In this document: piece after piece, positions 1-12,872 of the stretch
Numbering within the stretch: position 1 is the first letter of the stretch
Layout: each line of letters starts with the position of its first letter
Assembly: GCF_009914755.1 (NCBI RefSeq)
Contig: NC_060947.1
Origin: the human T2T-CHM13v2.0 reference genome, Homo sapiens
Strand: one strand, 5' to 3'
Length of the DNA: 64,000 nt
The notes under the pieces: generated by a model
Seen by the model: the letters and a program-made list of their open reading frames with translations, nothing else
Database searches by the model: none
What the model was told of the DNA's origin: nothing
Translations under genes and position numbers: made by a program

Positions 1-321
1 GGATTTGATTCATACTAACAGACATTTCTAATTCTACATCATTTTTCTCTTTTCCTTAAATAGAGCCCAAAAGAGTCTTTGCTAGATGAAATGACAAGCT
101 ACTTTATTTTGTTTCTGAATATCTGCATGAAACAAAAGGCACTTAATTTTAAAATGTCTTATAATTCAGATGCTCCATAATTCTGACGGGCCTTTTCTTT
201 TAATTAATCTAGTGCTGACTAGGATTTTCAGAATCACTTCATTGTTGATATGTCTAGGGCAATGAAGACATTCAGGTTTACATGTATTCAAAAATGTTCA
301 CCAAGAGGAAATGAAAAAAAA

Positions 322-920
322 GTGCAACTGCTATGGAAAACAGTATGGTAGTTCCTAAAAAAAAAAATAGGATTATGGTATAACCCAGCAATCCCACTTC
401 TGGGGAGATATCCAAACTAATTGAAAACAGAACTCAAAGAAATATTTTCATATTCATATTTATTGCGGTATTACAAAAACCAAGAGGGTGGAAGCAACCC
501 AAATGTCCATCAATGGATGAATGGAAAAAGAAATCATGGTGTATACTTACAATGGAATATTGTTCAGCCTCAAAAAAGAAGAAAATTCCTTCACATGCTA
601 CTTCATGGATGAACTTTGAAGACATTATGCTAAGTGACATAAGTCAGTCACAAAAAGACAAATACTGTTTGGTTCCACTTATATAAGATATGGAATATAG
701 TCAAACTCATAGAAACAGAAAATAGAGTGGTGGTTTTCTGGGACTGGGAAGAAAGGGAAAGGGGTAGTTGTTGTTCAATGGGAATAATTTCAATTTTCCA
801 AGATGAAAAAGTTCTAGAGATCTATCACACACCAATGTGAATATACTTAACACTACTGAACTGTACACTTAAAAATAATTAAGATGATACATTTTGTGTT
901 TTCTACCACAATTTAAAAAA
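322..920 (+). mobile_element. L1M (L1MB-like) 3' end
   Basis: Contains ORF2-end/3'UTR motifs (ctatggaaaacagtatgg, cccagcaatcccacttctgg, gatgaaaaagttctagagatc, ctgaactgtacacttaaaa) and an A-rich end. Confidence 0.85.
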
Positions 921-980
921 TAAATTAATTTTAGAAAATACTCACCAAGCCTCTACATATCCCATCATGGAGGCTTAGGA

Positions 981-1190
981 GGTAGTGCTGTAGTGGGAAA
1001 ACAACCTAGACTGTGGCATTAATAGACCAAGGTTCAAATCCAGCCCTGTCATTGTGTCAGGCAAGGTAAAGTACTTTTCTAAGCTTCAACTCCCTCATCT
1101 ATGATATATTTATCTTATAAGACCATTGATCAGATTAGAAGTAAACATGAATATAAGGCTTCTAGCATGCTCAAAAACTGATGGCTACAA
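981..1190 (+). mobile_element. MIR SINE
   Basis: MIR core-like ggttcaaatccagccctgtca...cttcaactccctcatctatg; followed by (GAT)n at about 1214-1240. Confidence 0.65.
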
Positions 1191-1978
1191 TGATGATAGT
1201 GAGGATGGTGAACATGATGATGATGATGATGATGATGGTGACAACTTGTTGCAAGTTGCTACAGGAGAAATAAAAATCAAAAATAATTCTCAGCCTTAAA
1301 GGCCTTTTAGTGTTCGGGTTTTTTTTCTATTTGTTTCTATCTAGCAGATAGGGAAAACCCCCCAGGATTTTTTTTTTTTTTTAGGATGCTGTGGGGAGCC
1401 AATGACAAACTTATTCCTTTGTTTCATAATGGAGTAATTTTCAATGACGAGCCCACAACCTTCTATTCCAAACTCTTTATTTCCCGGGAGCAAAATAACC
1501 TTCTCAAATCATGACCTGAGCCTAGTTGCCACGAGTTTTGAAGACACTGCCTATGAACGAGACAGTCTGTGTTTAAAAGCCAGGAGTAAACCACTCCACA
1601 AAACACTTTGCCCATTCTTTCCTTGGATAAATTCATTTCTGCTCATATACGTTAGTTGTCATGCAGCCTGTGTGATTTATAGTTTATAGTCACAGATTAT
1701 GCCATGCATTATAGTTACTCTAGCATTTGTCTGCCCTATGGATTATTTTTAGGGCCTTCCTTTTGAAATTTTTATCTTAAGAAAAGCCTGTCATGGATCA
1801 TCATGGTTTTGGCTGCAGAGAATTTTTAATAAAGTATACTGGGTTACCTTATGAGTAAGAAGAAAACTAAAAGGGCCAGATAGCTAAAGAGTGGTGGGTT
1901 TTTGTTTTGTTTTGCCTTAGGTGATCAATAAAAACAAATAAAGTTCTTAAACAAGTTTCAGATTTTGATTATCTAGGC

Positions 1979-2324
1979 CAGGGGCTGGCAAATTGTTTCT
2001 GTAAAGCCAAATAGTAAATATTTCAGGCTTTGCAGGCCACACTGTTTCTGTTCAGCTCCACTACTGGAGCACAAAAGCAGCCATAGACAATATATAAATA
2101 AATTAGTGTGACTATATTTATGGATACTGAAATGTGTTCCAATAAAGTTGTACTTATGGATACGAAAATGTGAATTTCATATAATTTTCCATTGTCATTA
2201 AATATTTTTCTTTGGATTTTTTCCAACCATCTATAAATACAAAAAATCATTGCTAGCTTGTAGGCTGCACAAACATAGGCCGCAGACCAAATTTGACATT
2301 CATGCTAGAGTTTGCTGAGCCCTA
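1979..2324. mobile_element. MER58B-like hAT-Charlie element
   Basis: Termini caggggctggcaaa / tttgctgagcccta; 8-bp TSD atctaggc (1971-1978) / atctaggt (2325-2332). Confidence 0.85.
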
Positions 2325-2379
2325 ATCTAGGTAAATTGTTCTTTGGAATATTGTCAGTACCAAGAAGTGTCCTAAACAC

Positions 2380-2880
2380 CCACAAAATAAAGTCCAAACA
2401 TCACAAATAGCATGCCAAGGCTTTCATTATCTGAACTGAATCTTTTCTCCCATTACCATGCTCCAATCATCCTCTATCCAGGTGTATCCAGTTTTTCATC
2501 ATTCCCAGGACTGTCATATCACCATGCATTTTCCTCTCTTTTCCTCTACCATTTCTACATGGTAAAAACCAACTCATGTCTTAAGGTACAGCTCCGCTGC
2601 TAAGTTCTTCATGAAAAAAGTTCCTTTATGCACTCCTTCCCCTCATTGGAACTAATTTTTAATGTCTTTCTGGTTCGCAGCCCTTTATGTATATCTCACC
2701 TGTGAGATGTATATTGTCATGTATCCTTATGATATTTTAAAATCTATTTTCTAATTAGGTGGTCATCTCCTTGAGGAGAGAAGATGTGTCTCATTAATAG
2801 CTGTGTATTCTTCAAAAGTCAATTCTCAACTCAATGTCTTGTACGTAAGAAGTGTTCAATAAATATTTGTTAATGAGTAT
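2380..2880 (+). mobile_element. L2 3' fragment
   Basis: Ends in L2 tail-like gtgttcaataaatatttgttaatgag; pyrimidine-rich degenerate body. Confidence 0.65.
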
Positions 2881-3309
2881 ATTTATTAATGTACGCAGAC
2901 ATATAATCAGAAATATGTTCACTAACCCAAATCTACCCTCATTCCCCTTGAGCCCTTGTGGGAAGTGGATGAGGAAGAGCTTTCCTCCGAAAAGGAGACA
3001 ATTCCTGAAGAGCTACCAAACATTTTGAACTACTTGCAATCTGAGCCCTTATTCATGCTGGCGGCAAGTGGGCACAGCTTTTATGACTCCTAAGATGAGA
3101 GTCATATCACAAGGGAGCACTTCAGATAATCTTAGCAAGGCTACAGCTTTAAGCAAGCTTAGAAATTACCTAATTCCAGTAGTCCTTGTAAAATTAGAAG
3201 GTAGAGTTCAGAGAAATTACAGAACCTGCTGAAACCCCCATAGAGTCAAGACTGGGGCACAGAAGCTCTGAGCCAGAGCTGGTTCAACTACACTTTGTTG
3301 AATATATAT

Positions 3310-3660
3310 TTGCATTCCTTTGGAGTGAATACTTAGAAGTAGAATTTCTGGGTCCAAAGTAGGTGCGTGTTTAACTTTATAAGAAAAGTATACTGTTTTC
3401 CCAAATGGTTGTACCGTTTCACATTTCTACCAGTAAGAGAAAATTGATTCATTTCTTCCACATCTTTATCAACAGCTATTCTGATGAATCTGTGGAGTAT
3501 TTCATTGTGCTTTTAATTTGCATTTTCCTGATGACTAACGATGAAAATATTTTTATGGGCTTATTGACCACTCATATAGCATCCTCAAGGAAGTGTCTGT
3601 TCCAGTCTTTTGCCTAGTTTTTACTGAGCTTTGTCTCTTTTTTATTGAGCTACAGGAGTT
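3310..3660 (-). mobile_element. Old L1M fragment
   Basis: Antisense ORF2-end motifs (ttttaatttgcattttcctgatgactaa, aagtgtctgttccagtcttttgcc). Confidence 0.75.
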
Positions 3661-4846
3661 CTGGAGATTGTCACACTTTAAAAGGAGTTTGCAAGTAGTT
3701 TTTAGAATATTTGACCAGAATAAATGTATTTTGCTGCACAGTATTTCATTACTGCCTTATCCGTATAAACAATTTATACTCCTCATTATATTTCTAAGTA
3801 GTGACACAATGTATATTTTTTCATTCAGTAAACTGACACGTACTTTCAACTTGCAGCTGAAACACTTTGTTTCTGCCACAGATTGCCACAAAAGCCACAA
3901 TATTCCAATCTAATATATACAAATAGATGTGGAGTATATTGAATTTCTCATACTGTCATCAGCCCTGTTGACCAAAAGCTATTTGTTTCACAAAGCCCTT
4001 CCTGGGTAGATGGGCCAATGTTGATGTTCACGGATTTTGCTGTTCTAAATTAAATGAACCAACCAACAAGCCTTTATTGAGTGCTCTAAGTCATCTCTGT
4101 AAGGTAGTTCACGCACTACATATTAAATTCCAGTTCACAAATCCAATTCCTCTTTTTTTGCCCTAAGTTTTATTTGCTTTCTTTTGAAAGCCTGTATTGA
4201 GTCTTTTCATCATTTTTAGCAGCCAGATATCCAATGGGGAAAACAAATTATTTCACTGAAACTTTACGTCATCATAATTCCAGTACAAGTAACAATAATA
4301 ATAACACTAATAAAACCTAAACTTTTCATAATAATTGATAGTATGCACATACAATTCAATTATACCTGATGACTACTACATAGAATAGAAATTACCTTTC
4401 TGTTACACTGATAAGGAACTAGTTTAAAGAAGTAAAGAAACTCATTTGAAGTCATTTAGTTGTTGACCAGTAAGGAGAAAATCTGAACTCTTGTCTCATA
4501 AAAAGGCTCACTGACCTTTCCACATTGTAAGGAATGTTTTCCAAAGATGAAGAGTCTGTTCCAAAATTAGACATGATATAGCAAATGTAATTCCTGCTAA
4601 ATGCTGCTAAATATCAGATAACCTAAAAATTTAGTTCCTTTTTCAGCCCATATAAAAATATTTTATTCACAAATTCTAATTATTTAAAAAGATAACTCAA
4701 AGAATCAGAACAGCACAAAGAAGAAATCAATAATAAGTTGAAGCCACATCACAGTTAAGGTGTTTGAAAACTTTGAACATCTTTTCAAATTGCTGCCCTC
4801 CTCAATTTCCCCTTCATTTTCCTTCTCATGGTCTACACGCACACAC

Positions 4847-4886
4847 TCACATGCACATGCACACACACACACACACACACACACAC
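4847..4886. repeat. (CA)n microsatellite
   Basis: Directly visible, imperfect 5' part. Confidence 0.9.
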
Positions 4887-6088
4887 GAAATTGTTGGGAT
4901 CATATTCCTATATATCTTTATTGCCAAGTGCCCTGCACCAGCCATATCAGAGATTCAGGACCATACCTCACACATGCTGGGAAGTACTATTCCACTCCAA
5001 CATCCCCATTACATGGCCAACCTGCTGCCTCCACACTCACTAAGTAGTATTGTGAACTGGATCATGGCTCTTCAGGGCAATGCTATCCTTGCCAGGTGAC
5101 TGCTACTTCCTTCCCACCCTGAACTTTTCAGAAGGGAACACTAATATCCTATCACCCTGCTTATCCCAAGTAAAGTATATACTGTCTTCCATATCTCATG
5201 TCAGTATAACAAAAACCAGGCTATGCCTTTTATGAGACTTTGTTGTAAAGCTGGCGATAATAGAAAAAAGTGAAAAACAGAATAGTTTGATAGCAGTGCC
5301 CAAATAAAGACCCATCTTTAGGGTCCCTGAGGAGGTGAGTTTTCAGCTTTGCTCCCAGCCAGCCTTTACAGGGAAGCTTATCTCCTACCACTAGAAGCTC
5401 AGGGGCTTCTTCATGTATCACCCCGATCCTAGGTTTCAGATAGAGAAGAATTCTTTACTCCACTATAATGGCAACCCAATCAATCCTCATTTCATACACC
5501 AAATTAACCTCTTTTCTGTTTGATCAAGAGGGAGAATGACATATTTTCTAGGTGCAAACACTTACTCAACTGCAAAGATATGATCCAATCTTATGACCTC
5601 AACATAGGTAAGATGACATCTATTAATGGAAAACTTTATTAGGTATTGAACGTGAGAATATGATTGCATCTACTGATTGACCTAGGGCTCATTAGACTTT
5701 TAAGCAACCAATCCCAAACCTGTTTGAAGCCAGCTTCCTGACATCAGTACCAACCAGAGAACTATACTCATGACTTGCCTTATTTGGTGAACTTCCTATT
5801 TTTTGCCCTGTGTCTCACCTTTTAAATTTCTGCTCAGGGAGATGTGCTGAACTCACACATGAGTGACATAGCTCTCCTTTTATAGGCAAACAACAAATTC
5901 AGTTACAGAGCTACTTTGATTTTTTTTTAATCATTTATCACCTAAGTTCAATTCCCAGAGTTCCCATTATTCAGTCTTAAGTAAAACCTTGTAGAAGAAC
6001 AACAAAATTCAGCAGAGCTCACTTCTGGCTTGCTTCACCAGTCTTCTCAGCTGAGTTCCTTCTTGTGCTTTTGTACTTGGGATTAAAA

Positions 6089-6092
<4 letters not shown>

Positions 6093-6131
<39 letters not shown>

Positions 6132-6140
6132 AGAGAGAGA
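6093..6140. repeat. (CA)n(GA)n compound microsatellite
   Basis: Directly visible; abuts the terminus of the next transposon. Confidence 0.95.
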
Positions 6141-6499
6141 TGCTCCTCAACTTACAATGGGGTTACACTCCCAATAAATCCATTGTAAGTTGAAAATATT
6201 ATAAATCAAAAATGCATTTAAGACAACCTGATGAACATCATAGCTTAGAATAGCCTGCCTTAAACGTGCCCAGAACACTCACATTAGCTTCCAATTGAGC
6301 AAAGTTATCTAACACAAAGCCTATTTTATAACAAAGTGTTAAATAGTTCATGTAATTTATTGAATACTGTACTAAAAGACAAAAATGGAATGGTTGTATG
6401 GCCACTTGAGGTGAATTTTCTACAGAATACATATCACTTTTGTACAATCATAAAGTCAAAATATCATAAGTTGAAGCATCATATGTCAGGGACCATCTA
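6138..6499. mobile_element. MER47A-like TcMar-Tigger element
   Basis: Termini agatgctcctcaacttacaatggggttac / tatgtcagggaccatct; body resembles recalled MER47A consensus. Confidence 0.75.
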
Positions 6500-6747
6500 T
6501 ATACACATACATACACACACAGACACATGGCTAAATATATGTTATATGTTAAATATAAAAATATGTTCTTTACTTAAATGGAATCATACTAAAATACTGA
6601 TTTTTTCGCTCAATAATATGAATATCTTTCCATAACAATAGCTATAGATCTCCACTATCTTTTCTAAAGTCTAAATAATTCTCTATTGCATTTATCTGCC
6701 ATAATATCTTTAACCAGTTCTGACTGATGAACATCAAGGCTGTATAT

Positions 6748-7210
6748 ATCAGGCTGCCTTTGGCCAGAAGTGACAAAACCAAATTCCAATTAATTTATGC
6801 ACAAAGGAGAATTTGTTGGACAATATAATTGAAAATTTTGTTGATAGATCAGGAGTGACTGGATCCTCAGACTAAACTGTCAACAAGGATTGATTTCTAC
6901 CCATCTCTCACTTCTACTCATCTCCACTTCTAATTTTCTGAATTTATTATCTCTCTATGTTGCTGGAGAAGCAGTGCCAATATATTGAATCTTAGGAAGA
7001 CTATGATTGGCTTACATTGGGTTATATGCTGGCCTATAAAGTAATCACTGTGGTCAGAATAGATTACTTTGACTGATTACTGTGAGTCTTCTCACGGATG
7101 TGGGAGAAAAGGCTGGAGAGCGATGATAGACAGTCTTTCTAGAATCTTATGGCATGAGAGAAGGGATTTCCTCAAGGTAAGATCAGAGTGTATTTATCAG
7201 AGGAAGATAA
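6748..7210 (-). mobile_element. Old MLT1 (MaLR) LTR fragment
   Basis: ttggccagaagtgacaaaaccaaattccaattaatttatgcacaaaggagaatttgttgg resembles an MLT1K/L/N antisense start. Confidence 0.5.
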
Positions 7211-7469
7211 AATAAATATACCAAAAGCTGTTGAGGAAATCAGTAGAAAACTATAGCTAAATCTCTTCAAATACTGATATGAGAATGTTAAATAAAATAT
7301 CTTCAAAAAATCCACCAGCATGTGAAGAAATAAGACACTTTAACCAGTTTCATTCAGTTAAAAAATTGAAGTTTTTTAAATGTTTGGTATTAACAATTAT
7401 AAGTTATAACTACCATGTTGACACATGGAAGAAGAAAAAGACTTATCATTAGGACCAGAAAGAAGAATG

Positions 7470-7695
7470 AGAAAAGGGTACTGGCCTCCCACCTACCTAA
7501 GTTAGTTCCCTTTTGAAAAACTTTCCTGGGAACCTAACCCAATAATTACTGCTTACCTCTCATTGAGGCTCCTTCATCCTCAAGGGATGCTGAAAAATAC
7601 AGTTTATTTAAAAGTCTGGGCACACTGATGCTCCCAACAATAAAGGGATCTGTTACTGAGAAAGACAGGAAAAATGGGCAAGGAGAAGTGGCTGC
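7470..7695 (-). mobile_element. MLT1J-like LTR fragment
   Basis: ctgcttacctctcattg...gggatgctgaaaaatacagttt...ctgggcacactgatgctccc. Confidence 0.5.
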
Positions 7696-7838
7696 TAAAC
7701 TCTAAATAGACTTAATTTATTTGTATGTGCTCAACCTATCAGAGACAGAGAGATGTATGATACATTCTACCACTATTATTCTATTTCTTGCAAAACTTTA
7801 AAAAAATACTTCTTGATGTTGTGTTAACTGTGATATAG

Positions 7839-8395
<557 letters not shown>

Positions 8396-8765
8396 TTCTG
8401 ATATTTATATCTTTGCTGTGTATTTCACACTTTATTGTTTTAAAGTGATCCTTTTGTCTTAGTCAATGATTTTAAATTTCTAATTAAGCCCTTGTTTGAT
8501 TTTAATTTGCATTTGCTTAATATATTTCCCATATTTTTTTATTTTTAATCATTCTGATTCCTTTTGTGTAAATTTTCTCTTATATTCCACATATATTTGT
8601 ATTCATTATACCTTTTTCTTGTACACAGCATACTTCTTGTTTTTAAATACTCAGTTCTATCTTTTAATAAATAAATTTATTATTTTAAATTTAATAATAA
8701 AGTTAATATATTGGATTATGAATAACCTTTCATGATGTTTATTTTTAAGTGCTTCCTTGACATTT

Positions 8766-10565
8766 CTTTATTTTTTTAATGTTTATTCCAATAGCTTTGG
8801 GTACAAGTGTTTTTCTGCTACATGGATGAATTATATAGTGGTGAATTCTGAGATTTTAGTGCACCCGTCACCCAAGTAGTGTACATGGTACCTAATATAT
8901 AGTTTTTTTATCCCTAGTCCCCCTTTCCGAGCCTCCAGTGTCCATTACATTACTCTGTATGCCTTTGTGGACTCATAGCTTAGCTCCCACTTACAAGTGA
9001 AACATACGGTTTTTGGTTTTCCACTCCTGTATTACTTCACTTAGAAGAATGGCCTCCAGCTTCATCCAGGTTGCTGCAAAAAAACATCATTTAGTTTCTT
9101 TTTATGGCTGAGTAGTATTTCATGGTGTATATATACCACATTTTCTCTATCTACTCATTAGTTGATGGGCACTGAGCATCTTTGCAATATGGAAATTGTC
9201 CTGCTATAAACATACATGTGCAAGTGTCTTTTTCATATAATGACTCCTTTTCCTTTGGGTAGATACCCAGGAGTGGAATAGCTGGATTGAATGGTAGATC
9301 TACTTTTTAATTCTTTAAGGAATCTCCATACTCCAATCTTTCCATAGAGATTGCATTAATTTATATTCCCACTGGCAGTATATAAGCATTCCCTTTTCCC
9401 CACATCTATGCCAACATCTATTGTTTTTTGACTTTTCATTAGTGGTTATTCTTGCAGGAGTAAGGTGGTATCTCACTGTGGTTTTAATTATTTAAATGCT
9501 CAACACAATGAGCAATTGAACAAACGTTCATTGTGTTGAGCATCTTTTCATGTGTTTGTTAACCATTTGTATATCTTCTTTTGAGAAATGTTTATTCATG
9601 TTCTTTGCCCCCTTTTTGATGAGATTATTTGTTTTTGTTTTTGTTTTTTCCTTGCTGATTTGTTTAAGTTCCTTGTAGATTCTGGAAACTACAGTACAGT
9701 CCTTTGCTAGATGCATAGTTTGCAAATATTTTCTCCCATTCTGTGGGTTATCTGTTTACTTTTATTATTCTTTTGCTGTGCAGAAGCTTTTTAGTTTAAT
9801 TAGGTTCCATTCATTTATTTTTTGTTTCTGTTGCATTTGCTTTTGGGGTCTTAGTCATAAAGCCTTTGCCTAGGTCGATGTCTAGAAGAGTTTTTCCAAC
9901 ATTGTCTTCTAGACATTTTATGGTTTCAGGTCTTATATTTAAGTCTTTGATCCACCCTGAGTTGATTTTTTTATTAGGTTGGTGCAAAAGTAATTGTGGT
10001 TTTTGCCATTTGAAAGTAATACATAGTGAGAGATATGAATCCAGTTTCATTCTTCTACATGTGGCTTGTCAGTTTTCCCAGCACCATTTATTAAATAGGA
10101 TGTCCATTCCCCAGTGTATGTTTTTGTATGCTTTGTCAAAGATCAGTTGGCTGTACATATTTGACTTTATTTCTGGGTTCTCTATTCCTTTCCATTTTCA
10201 CAGTATTGATTCTACCCATCCATGAGCACTGGATGTGTTTACGTTTGTTTGTGTCGTTTATGATTTCTTTCAGTAGTGTTTTGTGTTTTCCTTGTAGAGG
10301 TCTTTCAACTCCTTTGTTAGGTATATTCCTAAGTATTTTAATATTTTTGCAGCTATTGTTATGTTGATATTTTGATGAGAATTGCATTGAATCTGTAGAT
10401 TGCTTTGGGCAGTATGGTCATTTTCTCAATATTGATTCTTCCAACCAAGGAGCATGGGATGTGTTTCCATTTGTTTGTGTCATCTGTTATTTCTTTCAGC
10501 AGTGTTTTATAGCTCCCCTTGTAGAGATCTTTTACCTCCTTGGCTAAGTATATTCCTAGGTATTT

Positions 10566-10605
<40 letters not shown>

Positions 10606-10873
10606 AGCTGTTGTAAAGGGGATTGAGTTCTTGGTTTTATTCTCAGCTTGGTCGTTGCTGATGTATATAGTAGTGCTGCTGATTTGTGTACATTGACTTT
10701 GTAACCTGAGACTTTATTGAATTTGTTTATCAAATCTAGGAGTCTTTTGGAGGAGTCTTTAGGATTTTCAAGATATATGATCATATCATCTGCAAACAGA
10801 GATAATTTGCCTTCCTCTTTTCCAATTTGGATACCCTTTATTTCTTTCTCTTGCCTAACTGATCTGGCTAGGA
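8766..10873 (-). mobile_element. L1PB-family 5'-truncated LINE-1, internally rearranged
   Basis: L1PB1-like 3'UTR; ORF2 RT remnant [13 protein letters not shown] in ORF 10359..10943; 14-bp TSD cttccttgacattt at 8752-8765 and 10874-10887. Confidence 0.92.
9974..10020 (+). mobile_element. Half MADE1 (Hsmar1 mariner TIR)
   Basis: ttaggttggtgcaaaagtaattgtggtttttgccatttgaaagtaat matches the MADE1 left arm and spacer. Confidence 0.9.
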
Positions 10874-12469
10874 CTTCCTTGACATTTTCTTTTTTTTCCT
10901 TTTTTATATCATCATTGTTGTCTTTGTCATCTCCCAGCTTCATTCTGGTAAATTTATAGTTATGTATTTTACTTTAAATTATAATTTTGATAAACACATT
11001 TTATCTCTTTAAAATATATGTATTAATTTCAAAAATCTAAAATGGCACAATATCTACTAACAACTTCATGGGAGATGAGAGAAAATTCCTACTCCCCTCA
11101 CTTCTCAGTTTTATTTTGTTTTGATTTTTGTCTGCTTTTGTGATTTTTGACCCAATTACTTATAGTAAAAGTGTTTGTTTATATCATTGTGTCAGGTAAG
11201 ATTAGATTCACCTGCCAGCTAGAGACGCTCACATAATGGCTCAAACAAACAATGCTTGTCATTTTTGTTAAAGCCCACTTGCACCTCAGCCCTGCCCTAG
11301 TCGGATCCTCAAAACTTCCATCCGTCACCTCCAGTAACCCTGTGTGAGCTTCACATGAGGAAAAGTTGTTAGCTCCCAAGACTTCTCTCAACTTTGACTA
11401 GCTTTATTGTTCCTGATCATTATTTTCCAGAGACTTGGTAAAAAGGTGTCCATATATTTCTATAGGAATTTTAATGTTTTATTGATTACTTTGTTTAGTC
11501 TTTTCCACCTTCACTCTTCAAAGGTAAAGTACATCCAAATTGCATGTTCCAAGAACACCTTCAGTAGTTCAGTCTATAATCTAAAGAGAAAAAACAAGGC
11601 AATCAATTTTCAACAGCATCTTTTCTCATTCTCTGCCAGAGCCAGAGGCACATTACCATGAAAACTGTGTTGTCTTTATGAAAACAAAATGTGTATTCCA
11701 TCAGTGGACACAAGGGAGAATCTAATTAGCTTGCACTAGAAAACAACTATGTTTAATCTTCTTAGATAAAATTATATGAAGTAAACTTAATCAGTTCAGA
11801 TTTACTCAGCAGGCTCCTTGTGAAGTTTTAATCTCATAAGAAGTTTGTTCTTGCTTATCTTTATTCAGAAAGTTTCCCACTGTAGACAGGATTGACTTGG
11901 GAGATGAAATCCTATGCCTCGAAAAGGAATGATATTAAAAAATATTTCATGACTCTTCAGGCATGAGAACTGACTAATCAGGATGAATGCCTACTGTAAA
12001 TAATGTGTCCAGCCACGTGGGTGTGCAGAAGCTGAAAACAAGTTCTGCCTATGAGAAGCCTTGTCTCATAGGACAAGACACATCCAGGGCCCTCTCTACC
12101 TCCTTTCGATTTTATTGAAATCTTGCGATTCTCCTTCCAGTTGGTACTCTATTATCAGTTTCAAAACCCTTAAGCATATTTAAAGAAAATAACCTAGAAT
12201 TTGTGGAGAAGAAATTAAAAGGGGTGAAATTACAGGCAATATTTTCAGGCAAGTATCTGAATTCAATAATTATCTATAAATATATAATTACTCTAAAGGT
12301 TTACCCAAAGGCCAATACCTAGAGCCTGGAGAACCGACTGAAAATTCAAGGAATAGAAGTTCTGGGCAGAGGTCCACAGTGAAGGTTAACTATTGGAGGG
12401 TTGGCTAAGAACTTAAGAACTCACGTTCATAAAAATAACTGGTTTCCTCCATAATTAAAAAAATTTTAA

Positions 12470-12832
12470 TTGCATAGTGTCAAAAAAGAAGAAAACTTCT
12501 AAAATTTGAAAACAAATGAACCTAATTCGATATCCAATTGGTAATATAACCAGAGAAAATAATTATTTCAAGTCTTTAAAACACAGTCCTTTGACTTTGC
12601 ATCCTTAGAGCATTCATTATAAGGAAAAAAAGAAATGCAAAGAAATCTTAAACATCATTCAGCAGTTTTATGCTTAGTGGTAATACTGCATTGTTATCTT
12701 GAAACTATTTTTGTATATTAAAGTAAGTGTATTATATAGCCCAAGATTATTCAGTATAAAAGAACTAAAGGTGTAAAACTAAATAAGTAGAAATTCTGCA
12801 ATGTTAAATTTAAACTGGAAAAATCGATATAC

Positions 12833-12872
<40 letters not shown>

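Noticed and set aside
5889-6020. Imperfect 22-nt direct repeat aacaacaaa(a)ttcag..cagagct
   Set aside because: Only two copies, A-rich and gapped; the enclosed sequence is not a recognisable insertion.
10359-10943. 194-aa ORF with an RT motif (LFADDMIIY) as a gene
   Set aside because: It is a fragment of L1 ORF2 in a truncated element; its N-terminus comes from flanking DNA and the poly-K from a T36 run.
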